Positions 1 through 12,920 of a DNA stretch of 64,000 bases are shown here, in pieces. This stretch comes from Camelus ferus. Lineage: Eukaryota. The notes under the pieces were generated by a model. It made no database searches. It worked only from the letters and a program-made list of their open reading frames with translations, and was not told where the DNA came from. Every line of letters starts with the position of its first letter. Within the stretch, counting starts at the first letter, position 1. The position numbers and the translations under genes were made by a program. The stretch lies in assembly GCF_009834535.1 (NCBI RefSeq), contig NC_045696.1:23066001-23130000 (forward strand), given 5' to 3'.

Positions 1-3000
1 TACCTTTGCACGAAGAAATATACATTTGATTCATTAATATATTTCATAGGAAATTTTATTAAGCGAAATAAAGCTTCTATTAACATTTCTACATGGCTTG
101 AATGGTTGACAATATAAAGATATCTGAACCCTCTGCAAAAATTGTTAAATCAATGGGAGAAAACATGATTTCTACTTATTAAATACATCTATGATTTATT
201 TTTTCATATCAGCATATTATAATTCCTTCAATACCCAAAGCCATCAAAGAACTAGGGCTAAATTACAAATGTCTGCCAAAGCATGGCACAATGGTTTGCA
301 TACTTAAATGCTTCAACACTCAAACCCTACAACTAGAAAGAAGTATGGTCAACACAAGCAAATTCATCTTTATTTTATTCTCCAAAAGGGTTAATGCTCA
401 AAGAATCCTTTGTTTTATGACAAGTGTAATGTGAGGACCCTCAGAATCCTGATTTATCATTGCTCCTTTTTTTTTTCTCTTTCTTTCCTTGTGTAATTTT
501 TAAGTGCTTGCGATCCACATTGGATAAAAAAGACATTTGAGGTTGAGAGCTGGGGAGGTTCAGGGTGGGAGGGAGAGGGCTATTTTGAATCTTGTGACAG
601 TGAGGTTTCGTTCAACTAAGGAGCTCTCTGTGGGTTTCTGGCATTGTAAGTGTTTTGTCTGCTTGCAAGCGAGCAGCTGATGGATGGGGAAAATGTTCAT
701 TGATTTGTAGTGCCTGCACTGCAGCCAACCAGCACTAGAATGAGGTGGCACCATCATGAATCTCTCAACTATGCATATTTATATGCAGCTGCTGTACTTC
801 TAAACCTCCAGTGAATACAAAGTACTTGTGTGGCCACCAGTTCACACAATGCGGTCCTGCCGCATGCTCTGATTTAACTACTGTATGGAAGAATAGACTT
901 GGGGGGGCTCGGTGGGATACAGAATGGAGAGGTAAGCATGGAGAGAGAAAAGACCCCTGCACAATTCCTTTTTCTTAGATAGTCAAGAGAATGAAATGAA
1001 TGTGGGAACAAGTAAGGAACATTGTAATAAATGCTTTACGTGCTTGAATCTCAAGTTGCAAAATTGATTAATGGAAATGAAATCCTTTTAAAGATGGTGT
1101 TTTCAGTGAGAAAGGCTTTGGGACTATATGATAATGATGTGGTTAAAATATGCTGGCACCATTGAAATCATCACAGCACTGAGCTGCATGCATGAGAAAG
1201 TCCCTCCCTTGGGTAAACCACAGCTTCATATAGAGAAAGAGATGAGATGCTACACTTGGGTAGCGGTAGGGAGGGGTGAGGAGGAAAGGAGAAATAAGAA
1301 TCTTTAACAGCACTGGGAAGAAAATTTAAGTGAAGTGAAAATATGAGGTTATTTAAAAAAGACAGATGAAAGAGAATTCATTTTAGAATAGAAAATGGAG
1401 CAGGAGGGGTGGTTTAGAAGCATGAAAGCTATTGGGTGAGGTTGAGAGCCGAAAGCTTAGAAGAAACGAAGAAATATAATGTGAGCAGGAAAACAAATGA
1501 AAGGGATAAAAGAAACAGATAGGAATTGTCAGGTGAGAATCCTCTCTTACAAAAAACCCAAAATATTTATTTGAGATATGCACCCATATATTTAGAATTA
1601 GAGAGTGTACATAGTTTTATAAAAATGTCATTATTTTACTGGACTGCAAAATTTCAGGCACAGTAAATTTGTAAGGCTGGAAATTTTTAGACTTGAATCA
1701 GTTATTTTCTTTTTCCCAGCATCAGAAACAAAGACTTGAAGAGACAAGAGAGGAATGGGGGAAATTGAAAATCACACAGAACCAACACCTACTAACTATG
1801 AAATCATTCTCATTCATAAAGTTCTGAAGACCAAATTCAGGTAAACACTACCGACAACAATAGTCCCACAGTGCATCTGACAGTTCATTTTATTATCAGA
1901 TTAGGGCTCATCTCCAAGATAAACTGTATCAGAGCAACATCAAATGTAAAGTCAAATTCAGTATCTGGGTACTATTTGATTCCATTATCAAAAATAAGCT
2001 TTAGACTTTTCCACATAGAGTTAAAGCACTAATTCAGCCCAAATTACAGCTGCTCTTTTGACCAGTACATAAAATGGCCTTCTTCCAAATAATTCTCTTT
2101 GAGTGTTCTAGGCAGGGTGTCAAACCTTATCTCCCACGAGTCTAGAGAAGATGGATTGAACATTGAAAGTTATAATGCCAGAGCATATTCAATGTTGATA
2201 TTATATTATAGCCATTTAACCTTCATTAAACATGTCCAGATTTTTAAAACAAAACACAAAACCTCAACATTGATCAGGAGTTTCTCTCGTCTGGCGTAGA
2301 AACGCCCTGCAATACAGTAATATTAGACTCTGGGTTAGCCATGTACTCCACCCAGTGGCTTGTCAGAGTAAAAATGCCTTTTATAAAGGCTAAATCTGAC
2401 CTAATTTCCTTCTATTTTTCAGCCCTGAGTGTAGTAAAATGTTAGATAAATATATGAAATGTAACATGAACTTTACTCTTCATAATGACTAAGTAGGAAG
2501 GCACATTACCTGTTTTCAAAAAGATCATGTTTTCGAATTTTTCAATTAAAAACAAGCAAAATCTTTAATGCAGCTCTCATATAAGGATTATAAATTAGCT
2601 AGTGAGTGTGTGTGTATGTATACATGCATTGATAAGTCACTGTTTCTGGAGTCATATAAGAAAGCATTGATTTACACTAATAAATGATAAACAGCATTTT
2701 CCTGATGGAGAAACCAAATTGGAATGTTAAACAAGCAAATAAACAAAAAAGGCAAGGCAAACCACTGAATGACTTACTAGAATGCATAAAAAATGGGCTC
2801 CTCAGATTAACTAAAGTTCTGGTTAAATGTCTAACCAGAACATTTTTCCCAATCCTGCTGAAATATCTAAAATTCAGTTCATTCAAGCCCTTGTCCTACT
2901 TGGCAGTGAACAGAGGAGATATAATGAAATCTGTCTTTTGTGATTTACTTTATGATGATCAAAGATCACTAGTCATCAGAGATATTGTGACTTGGATAAA

Positions 3001-3479
3001 TGATGTTCTGAGATTAGGTTTCCCCCAGGAAGTTACATTTTAAAAGTTTTGGTGGTCATTTGCTTCTTACAAAAATTGAGCAGAAATGAAAACTGAATTA
3101 GAGTTTAGATATCTAATCCTGGGTTGGAATTTTCCCCTATTAAGCATGGAGGCATGTAAAAGCCCATATTCCCATTTAACAGATGAAGGGAGAGTAGGAA
3201 AAAATGTTTCAAGCTATATGGCTAGCCAACATTTTAGAGCTTGAACAAAAATTAAGATAATATTAATGAGGTAAATACATGGTAGGAAGCAATTCTCGAC
3301 TACATGAAAGGCAACTTATTATTCTTATCTTAAATTGCCATTAAAACAGATATTTGATATTAGGCAAGTCACAATGCTTTTGAACCAAAATTTCTTTACA
3401 TATTAAAGAATGTACCACTAAAACTAATTAACATTACCAAGGAGGAAGAGGATTAATAATTCCTAACTTTGTTTACATA

Positions 3480-3630
3480 ATGAACCTTTGAAGAATCTAA
3501 TGAAATCCATGTAACACCTCCCTGGCAAATGTTCATATCTATAGACCCACAATGATTTTCATATAATTTTAAGATTTCAAGAATCTCCTGCCAGATCTAT
3601 ATGGAAATCATGAACTTCATCTAAAAAGCT
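3480..3630. mobile_element. Degenerate hAT-Charlie-type non-autonomous DNA transposon fragment
   Basis: gaacctttgaagaatctaatgaaatccatg...ttttcatataattttaag...catgaacttcatctaaaaagc resembles old Charlie MITE consensus from recall. Confidence 0.35.
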
Positions 3631-4504
3631 GTGAATAATGGTTTATTAATTTGTATATCTCAACTAATAGACTAAGTCATTTATTTCTGTCCTCAAGTCT
3701 CAAGCAAGGTACCTGGCCCAGATCTGGTGGTACTCAATAAACTTAGGGCATATAAATGTTTTCTTAAAGTTTTTTTTTTTTTTGAAAAATTAAAGCTCTA
3801 AGCTAAGGACTTTAAAATCACAATTTTTCTGAATAACTTGAGTTACAATGAAAACTAGAAACCAGGAACCACATTAAACGTACTTAATTCAATGAACATT
3901 CAGACTTCCTTGTAGTAAAATTAGACAAAAAGAGAACATTGGGGAAAATAGTCATGGGTATGGAAATGTGAAGTAGGTGGCATCTTTACTGAACTTTATA
4001 TTGTCATCTCTTTAGTTTTTATATAATGTGAACGCTTCACAATCTTCCCACTGGAAAAAATACTGTATAATTACTCCATCATCATCTCATATAATACAAA
4101 AGAGTTTTTCTTATGAAACACTTTTAATAAAAGGCAATGTAGAATGCTTACAGTCATTGTTCATTAAATAACTGCCTCATGTGATGCACATGACATTATC
4201 TGTAAGATCACATTTATAGCTACACCAGTGTGACTCTTATCAAATATTCAGTCCCATTCGCTATGGCAAAGTAGAAAACCAGATACAATCAAAGCCCATT
4301 ACAAAGAGGCTCACAATTACTTTGGGCCCAGTTATACTCAGGGTCAAATGATGTCCCCAATTAGAGTATATTATCCTTACTATCATCCAGGAAGTCCAAA
4401 GAGTTGGGACTACTCTTGTAGCATTACGTCATGATTACATTGCATGACCACGGCAGGTTTTCAAAGATTTAGCTTAACTAAGGAGAGAAGACATTTGCAG
4501 AAAT

Positions 4505-4670
4505 GGGTATAACTTACTGGAGAAGTCTAACCTTGGAGAGGTTACCTAATTTTCCTGAGAGTGGCGTCCGCTTATGCAAAATGTCCAAGAGAATAGTAGT
4601 TGTATAAATGTAAAGGGCATAGCAACATGCCTGGTACAAAGCAAATGTTGAAAATATGACAACGGTTAGC
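4505..4670 (+). mobile_element. MIR SINE (degenerate)
   Basis: accttggagaggttacctaattttcctgag...atgcaaaatg...aatgtaaagggcatagcaacatgcctggtaca matches the MIR core and 3' part. Confidence 0.6.
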
Positions 4671-6984
4671 ATCATCATTACAGTTATACCCCTAATTAGG
4701 TATGACCACAGCACATCTTAGATTGACTAAAAGTGTCCTTTCCTCGTCTGGTAAAATTAAAAACTCTCAAAAAAACTCTCTAACAGATACTGCTTATTAT
4801 AAATCTGGAACATCTATTTACCAAACTAACTTTCAAGAATAATTCTTACATGACCAAATTTAGTTCAAAGGTGCTTAAAATCATATTTATTTTCTTCTTG
4901 CCTACAACGTTTGTTTTTAAAAAGAACCAATAGGGATAAAAGCCACTATCACGGGGTCTTTCCATGTGATTTAGTCCCTTAAATACAGTTTAAAATGTGT
5001 ATAATATTATTATAACTACAGTGTCTGCCTTCTTTGAACCAGGATCTGATGACAATGATCTTAAATCAATAATTGTGCAAGTAGTTGTTTACTACTTGTA
5101 ACCACTGAACAATATACCAGGGCATTTTTGACACATTCAAAACTCTGAAATAAGTGCAATTTTTTTTTGTTTGCATATATCACTGAAAGACATCTGTGCA
5201 ACAGCAAAACATTTGTACTTCAATGATATTTAAATATTTATGGAGATGCATGATTACCTCTTAAGTGCAATAATTTTATTGATTCTCCTTTAGTCTTATT
5301 TATAGCAAAGAATTGTAATAAAATAGTGTTTGGACATTTCACATTTTCCTTCTAAAGATAAAAAGATCTTGTAGTTTTTCTTTCACTTAATACTAACATC
5401 TGTTATGTATATGACTCTCTTAGGGTATTTTTTATCTTCCAAATTGACATAAAAACTGACAAGATTTACTATACCTTCAATGAATTAAGGTGTTTCCATT
5501 GCATAAGAACAATTTTTGCTGATAATTCTTCCACAGAGTTGCTTTGGAAGAAATAGGAATACCATGAGAGGATGGGTTCAGGAAATAGAAACATTATCAG
5601 AGGTTATAAAATGACACACTGATAAACTCAAAATGTGCCCTGCTCCAGGGCAATAATAACTTGGTGATTTTTCAAATTAGTCAAATTCTCCTGACTTTTC
5701 CTTTGCCTCCAATAGCAGAAGGTGAGGAATCCGGAAATAAAGACAAAGTTGGCTCATAATGTGTTTATACACATTATGAAGGGAAATCAAAGGCTACATT
5801 TAAATCTAAGTTGAAAATTAGCCTTGTAGAGAAATCTTGGCCTGCGAAATGAAGGCAGGCTTGAACTTTCCCAGCCTCCAATCAACTCAGAGATTCACAC
5901 TGACAGCCTGAGGCAGAGCATTCCCTAACTCTCTGTCTCTTATTCCACCTCTGAAAAAATAAGACGAACGCTTTCAGGCTTCGACTCCAGCTACAGCAGA
6001 ATAATTTTGTAAAAAATGAATGTCCCTGTGCAATGTGTAAACACATAGTATCAATCTCAGAGGATATATGAATAACCTCTGAATTGCTACACTGCATCTA
6101 TTTTGCAATCGAAGGAGATGATAAATAATTCACCTACCAGCTCAACAGAGAAACTACCAGCCAAATGCAATGTTGTCAGTAACATGACCTATTCTTTTCC
6201 TTTGCATTTTGTGGAAAATTGCAGAGATAAGATGCTTACTTTGTCAGTTTGGATGAGATTTTAGTCTAACAATTTTGCAACTGAGGCTCAGTTGAAATTG
6301 AGCCTGAGGCTTTATCAAAACAACTAAAACCTCAGAACAAAGACTTTTCAGAATACTGCCCCACCTGACATTATGAAGTGATGTTAGTTGTTCTGAAGTC
6401 TAGGAAAACCCCAAACGACTAGATCTTGGCTTCTGACTAATATTTCTGTTGCTTGAATGAACTCAATGGTCACAGTATTGTTGCATAATTTTCCAAATAA
6501 TCTGTTTTCATGTCCCTTCTTTGTATTTTCCTTATTATTCACAATCTTTACTAAGTGCCCAGATATTTATGGTATACAAAAAATGTTTTTTGGTTTTTTT
6601 TTATTGTGAACAAATTTCTTAAGTAATCACATCCATCAGTTTTATTTACAATTGTTAGGTCAGATGTTAGTACAGTTCCTGACTTTTTTTTGGTCTGGGA
6701 AGAAAAGAGTAATAGACTTAAGGAAATGTTTATATTTTATCCAGGAGAGAGTCTTAATATTGCCTGTTGTCAACCTAAGTATATTTTAAATGGTTGAATA
6801 TGTGTCATGATGCCAAAGGTCCCTGAAAAGGGACATTTACCAACAAAGCAATAAAGCAAGTTTGAATGTATCTGAATATATCAAAGTGAATGGGTGAGGA
6901 ATTAAACATTGTTTAAGAGGAACACTTGCAAAATTAGAGGACTCCATCAGTGATTTCCCTGTATAGTTCAGGATTTTCTGCTTT

Positions 6985-7092
6985 GGGGTCTTGTCCATAT
7001 CCAGATATACTGAACCAGAGTTCCTTTGGTAGGGCCTATGCATCTGCATGACAAGCTCTTAATATGAAGCACAGCCAAGTCTGGGAAATATG
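6985..7092. mobile_element. MER5-like hAT MITE fragment
   Basis: ccagatatactgaaccagag...ggtagggcctatgcatctgcat...acaagctc...gcacagccaagtctgggaaa follows the MER5A pattern. Confidence 0.5.
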
Positions 7093-7962
7093 GCCACATT
7101 TCATGAAATGTCACTAGCTTAATAATCTAAAGTGTGCAGTGCTAAATATCACAATAAAAAAATTTTCTTTTTAAGACAAAGTGTTTCATAATAATATACA
7201 TAGATAATTCTCATAGTATTACCTGATATAGAATTGGTACAGAATTCTTTCTGAGGCAGGATGGATGTGTTCTGAACTCTATCAAAGGGATTTATATAAT
7301 TGAAGAATCAATAAAATCTTATTTTTTACACAGAACAAAAAGATAATTCCAATGCATCCTACCATTTCATTAAATGAGAAAGGTTTATGAATCATCCACA
7401 AAGTCAGGCAGCTGGAAGAGGTCTAATGAAATCACAACATTGCATTTGTGAAGCAAAATCTATAAGAGATGTAAGAAGAGAAAAATGCTAATAATACAAG
7501 GCTTTAATATGCCACTCTTAGTACAAGACAGAAGAAGTAAACGAGAAAATAAGAGAAGAGATAGAAGATCTAACCAACAGGGTAGATCGTATGCATGCAT
7601 ATTTAGCTCTACCCCTTGAAAATAGAGAATACATGTTCTTCTCAGGTGCCCACAGAATGTTCACAAAAATCCATCACATACTAAATTGCAAAGAAAATAT
7701 CAGTAACTTCCATAAAGTGAAACTACTAGAAATAATACTCCATAATTATGAGGCAATAAAATAAGAAATTGTATATTTATATATATTTAAAGCCAACAAG
7801 GAAGCCGTTCCACTTGGATGTTAAAAAAAAAAAGCCAAAAAACTTTTAATTGAATAATTCAAATCAAAATGGCAGAATGAAAAAAAATACAACGATGAAA
7901 ACACTACATATCAGATAAAGGAAAATCACTGCACCAAATACTTCAATAACAAAGAAAGAGCG

Positions 7963-8014
7963 AGGGAGGGAGGGTATAGCTCAGTGGTAGAGTGAGTGCT
8001 TAGCATGCACAAGG
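7963..8014 (+). mobile_element. tRNA-Ala-derived SINE head (camelid Vic-1-like), 3'-truncated and tailless, with 13-bp TSD
   Basis: gggagggtatagctcagtggtagagtgagtgcttagcatgcacaagg (A box present, B box absent), flanked by taacaaagaaaga at 7947-7959 and 8021-8033. Confidence 0.8.
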
Positions 8015-9346
8015 GCATGCTAACAAAGAAAGAATGCAAGTAAATGAATTCTTTTCTCAAAAAAACTGAAAACAGTAAATGCAAAATAAAAATAAAATAT
8101 CATAAGGATGGAAATGATAAAAATAAAATAAGAAAATGATCAGAGACAATAGAAAAACAGTAGATCTAATTTATCAGTTAAAATCTTGCTTTTTTAAATA
8201 ATAAAAGAGAAAAAAAGCATGAGCTAATCTGATCAAGAAAAAGCAGTAAGACTGTATAGTTAAGAAAATGATGCAAAGTAAGAAGTGACAAAAGGGAAAT
8301 AACCACTGAAACCAAGGAAATTAAAAAAAAAAAAGCAAGTCGACTGTTTATACTACTACTCAGTAATGCATTCAAGATATAAGCCTGACAGAAATTAATT
8401 AGTGGCATGGAAACAGTTAAATAAGCAATACTATCTCTGTTTGCAGATAATATGATAGAATTCAGGGAAAATCTCAGAGAATCAACAATAAAGCTAACTC
8501 AAACAAAGAACCCAGTAAGTATCATGATAAATACTAACATATAAAAGCAAATAATCTTAGTATACCAATAAATAAAGGATATAAGAATGCAAAAAAGCCT
8601 ATTTACAAGAAGAATAAAGAAGATTAAATACTTAGGAATTAATTTAACAAGTAATATGGAACATTTAAAATTTTTAAAAATACTCCTTAAAGACAGAAAA
8701 GTAGGTTTGAACAAATGAAAAAACATATCCTGTTCTTGACTAAGACAATGCAACATTAAAAAAATATGGTCTCTCTCTAAGTTAAATTATAAACTCAATA
8801 AAATCCAAATAAAAACACCAGCAAGCTATTTTATGGAGTTAGACAAGTTGATACTAAAGTTCATTTTAAAAGCATATATAAAAGAATAGCCAGGGAAGCA
8901 CTAAAAACAAAAACCTACAAGAGGGAACTAGCCCTGCTCCATTAAAATACACCATGAAACTTCTACAACTAAAACACGTAATACTAGCACAAGGGTAGAC
9001 AAATAATCCAGAAAAATGGAAGACAACAACCAGAAGCAGTCTAAAATTTGGCACATGTTGAAAGTGGCTTCTCAGATCTCTGGAGTAAAGATAAACTTCT
9101 TACAATAGGTGCTAGAACGACAGAGTAGACACTTGGAAATAGATAAAATTAAGTCCATATCTCATAGTATACACCAAAATAAACTCTAAATGAATTAGGG
9201 ATCTAGATTTTAAAATGAAACCATATAAATACCTGAATAAATTTCTTTTTATAGCATGAATAATTTTCTCTTTATCCATGCATTAGGAAACAGCTTTCTA
9301 AATCAAATCAGTGACTCAAAACCCAGAAGCCAAAAAAGAAAAGGTT

Positions 9347-9525
9347 CTAAAAGTTCTCATCACAAGGGGAAAAAAGATTTGTAACTATATGTGTGACAGA
9401 TATTAACTAAAATTACTATGGTAAACATTTTGCAATTATGTATGTGTCAAGTCCTCATGCTGTACATCTTAAACTTACACAGTATTGTATGTCAATTATA
9501 TATCAATAGAACTAGAAGAAAAAAA
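9347..9525 (+). mobile_element. L1 3'-end fragment (L1MA9/L1MB-like) nested in the older L1
   Basis: aaagttctcatcac...tgtaactat...atgctgtacatcttaaacttacacag...gtcaattatatatcaata followed by an A tail. Host L1 resumes afterwards, with a degenerate TSD aaaagaaaaggtt/aaaagagaatatt. Confidence 0.7.
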
Positions 9526-11624
9526 GAGAATATTGGTAAATTTGAATAAATGAAAAAATCTAAAATTATGCAAGAGAATGTTTGAAAAGTCGAAAGACAA
9601 CTCACAAACTGAGAGAAAACAGTCACAATACATACAACAAAGGGCCAACATCCATAGTACACCAAGAACGTTTTAAATCGGAGAATAAACACAAAAACAT
9701 AAAAATTGGAAAAACATTTGAACCAGCAACTTTTAAAAAAAAGTATAAAAATAATCCCCAAATATATGAAAGTATTTGAGTTCAGTCATAATCAATGAAG
9801 TGCAAATTAAGACACCAAGTTACCACTTCTTATCTCAGACTGGCAAAAATTAGTGATGTAATGTTATGTTTATGATGGTAGAGGGAAACCAGCATTCCCA
9901 GGTACTACCTGTAGGAATAAAAATTAGTCCAACCCTTCTGGAGATATTGGTTAATACCTAACAAAACTGCATATGCAATCACCTATTGATTCAGCAACCC
10001 AACTTCTAAGACCCTATCCTCATTACACCTCCAACATTTAGAAAATACTTATGCACAAGTTTATTCTCGCCATATTGTTTTAGGTGCAAAATATTGGAAA
10101 CAACCTAATGCTCATGCACAGGAAAGTCACTGAATGTATTATGTTAGAGCAACACCACAAAGTACTACATAGCTATAAAGAGAATGGAGATCTCTATGAA
10201 CTGAGTTGGAGTGGTTTCCAGAAAAAATTCTTAAAGAAGCAAATTACAAAAAAGTATCAATAGTAGCTACTTCTCTTATAAGGAAAAAAAGGGGGGGGAG
10301 AAAATTAACATGTATCCCCTCATTTACGTATCTGCAAAAGAAACACAGAAAGGGTAAACCAGAAACTAAAAAAAGTGGTTATCTATAGGGAATGGGAGAG
10401 AAAGAGAGTGGGGAGAAAGGGGAAATGGGACACTGGTAGTAAGGATGTAGTGGGAGCAACATTTCTCCAATTATAGCTTTTTTATAGTTTCACTTTTTAG
10501 ATCCATAGAAATTTCCACAACCCCCCAAAATTAGTGAAAAATAAAATTTTAAAAAGTAATTAAAACATCAAAATAACGCAGGATATGAGGTGAATACACG
10601 AGTAACAAATGAACCTAGTTATGTTTTAAATGAATAACACAACCACACTGAATGGAATGGAGAAGAAAATAGTGAACCAAAGTAGCTTCGGAATAAAACT
10701 ATCTTGCGATTCTGTGAGACAAAAATAATTGCATGTAATCACTTTACTTTGATTAGTAAATCAATTTCTCACAGGGGTGAAAGGTATTGACTTGGTAGCA
10801 AATTGATGTGTATACCAGAAGTGAACAAATAAGTAAATATATTGTAGATAATGAGAGCCAAATTTTTTACTGTTAGACAAAAAAGTTACAAACAAGGAAA
10901 CCTAAGGGCTAGAATGAAATTTGTTGTATTAGATTAGAATCAGAGATGTCAATTAATTCATAATTGTTCATACATTTACAGATAGATGTAGAAATAAATA
11001 TGGATGGGTGTCTATGTATGGATTGGTATATATACATATACTCTCTAACATTCTCTATTAAAAGGGAGTAGAAGTAATAACACCCCAGTAGCAATAAGTA
11101 TACCTGGCATGCAGATCTTGGTTTCTTAATCCATTCTCCAACAAAAGGAACAGAAATTCCTTGGACAAGTGGCTTATTTCATGGCTAAGCAGGAATAACA
11201 TAAGGTGAGTCTGGAATATCTTGTGTTGCAAATCATAAGAAAGTGCTCAAAAAAGTTGGGGTGTATCAAATAGACATTAAGCCAACCTGAAAAAGAGTCC
11301 CCAATAGCCAATGCTGGTGGACTAATCTGAACAAAATATATAAAGACAGTATTGAATTGTAACTCCTAAAGTAAATACCCCTGTGTCCACATAAATATAA
11401 ATATATAATTGAATAAGCAAATGAATAGGGGAGAAGAAACATTTCTTCTTTTGAAGAATTCCGATTAATAAATGTAGAAGGAATGAGGGACATACAAAAT
11501 CACATTAGGCAAACAAAATAGTAACAATTGTTATAGACAAGATCTACCAGTAAATGTTAAAATTGGTGGGCAAAAGATTGAAGAAAAACAGAATATTTGC
11601 TTAGTCTAAGAGTATCTCTTCTAC

Positions 11625-11650
11625 CACACACACACACACACACACACACA
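11625..11650 (+). repeat. (CA)n microsatellite
   Basis: Direct reading. Confidence 0.95.
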
Positions 11651-12599
11651 TAAAATTATGAAAGGAAAAATAGTAATCCTATATTGGAAAAACCTAGCAG
11701 ACACCACCTTCCTCAAGTGATAATGGTTAACAATGCCAGTAATCAGATATATTGACATCATGGATCCCCTGACATGATGCAGTGAGAAGGGCATATATCA
11801 CTTTCTCTTGCCCAAAATGCATAACCCCAATATAGTCATAAAAGACCACTAGACAAACCCAAATTGAAAGACATTCTACAAAATAACTGATGAGTCCTCT
11901 TCAAGGTTATAAAAAAAGTTAAGAAACTATAAAATATTGAGGAGGCAATGAGACCAACAACACAAGGTAGTGTGGGATCCTAAATTTGATGTTAATTTCC
12001 CAGTTTTGATAATTATTCTGTAACAACGTAAGTTGTTAACACTAGGGAAGACTGAATTAAGGGTATATACATGTACTCTCTGTGTTATTTTTGCAACTTT
12101 TCTGTAGGTCTAAAATTATTTGAAAATAAAAAGTTTTTAAAAACCACAGAATTTTGAAAGTCAGGAATTTTACTTTTAACTTGACATTCTGATCTGGGCT
12201 CTAGTTCTAGCATTGGTGATGAAAGATGTGACTTGAGTATGTCACCTAACATCTCTGGGCTTTGTTCATTTATTTATTCAATATACATTTATAATGTAAT
12301 TGAGTACAATATCCTCCAATAATTTGTCTAGGGAAAACTGAGAAGCAGCGTGGAAAAAAGTTATTTATAATCTCAATTTCTCCTAATTTGATATTTATAC
12401 TACTCTGGACATTTTATTCAAGTTACTCAAATTAATATTTTTCAAACAAATCTTGTTTCTTTGCTAGAGTTTTTTTTTTTGTATCTTTTTGGGGAAAAAC
12501 ATGGTAGCAGAGAGCATAAACTACTATTTGGGATCATATATCACCTCACAGCAAATATATTATTGTTCTGAAAGACTGGTTTAATGCTTAAAAAGATCA

Positions 12600-12920
12600 A
12601 CCAGCTTTTCATTAAATGCCAGCTATGAAAGGCATAATAGAAGGTAGAAGGAACACAGAAATGAATAAGAAATATTCCTGGCTGTAAGGAGCTGACAGTT
12701 TAGCCTGAGAGCAGACTTGTATTTAAATGAATATTTGTAAGGCAATGTGAACAGCATTGTGATAGAGATATGTACCATCCCAGAGAAGAACAATCAAACT
12801 CTGCGTAGGGGAGTAAGCAAAGATATTTCAGAGGAGATGTCAGAATATTGGAGGATCAGCAGACACTTCTCAGGTGGAAAAGACAGGAAGAATTTTTCAT
12901 GTTGAAGAATAGTATGTGCA
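12600..12920 (-). mobile_element. L2 LINE 3' fragment
   Basis: acagaaatgaataagaaatattcctggctgtaaggagctgacagtttag...gaagaatagtatgtgcaaa is typical antisense L2. Confidence 0.6.

Larger units (their letters stand above)
7420..12140 (+). mobile_element. Old, highly degenerate LINE-1 (L1MC/L1MD-like): ORF2 remnants plus long 3' UTR
   Basis: ORF2-like motifs such as gaatacatgttcttctcagg, tctctgtttgcagataatatgatag, aatacttaggaattaatttaacaa, ccatatctcatagtatacaccaaaataaactctaaatg. 3' end ttgcaacttttctgtaggtctaaaattatttgaaaataaaaag. Confidence 0.85.

Noticed and set aside
2952..3011. C/D box snoRNA (ATGATGA...CTGA)
   Set aside because: No terminal stem, no recognisable rRNA guide, and it is on the strand opposite the inferred host.
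2684..3043. 119-aa ORF as a gene
   Set aside because: No recognisable domain or splice context; the length is compatible with chance.
7963..8014. tRNA-Ala gene
   Set aside because: It lacks the T arm/B box and the 3' acceptor strand and is flanked by TSDs, so it is a retrocopy.
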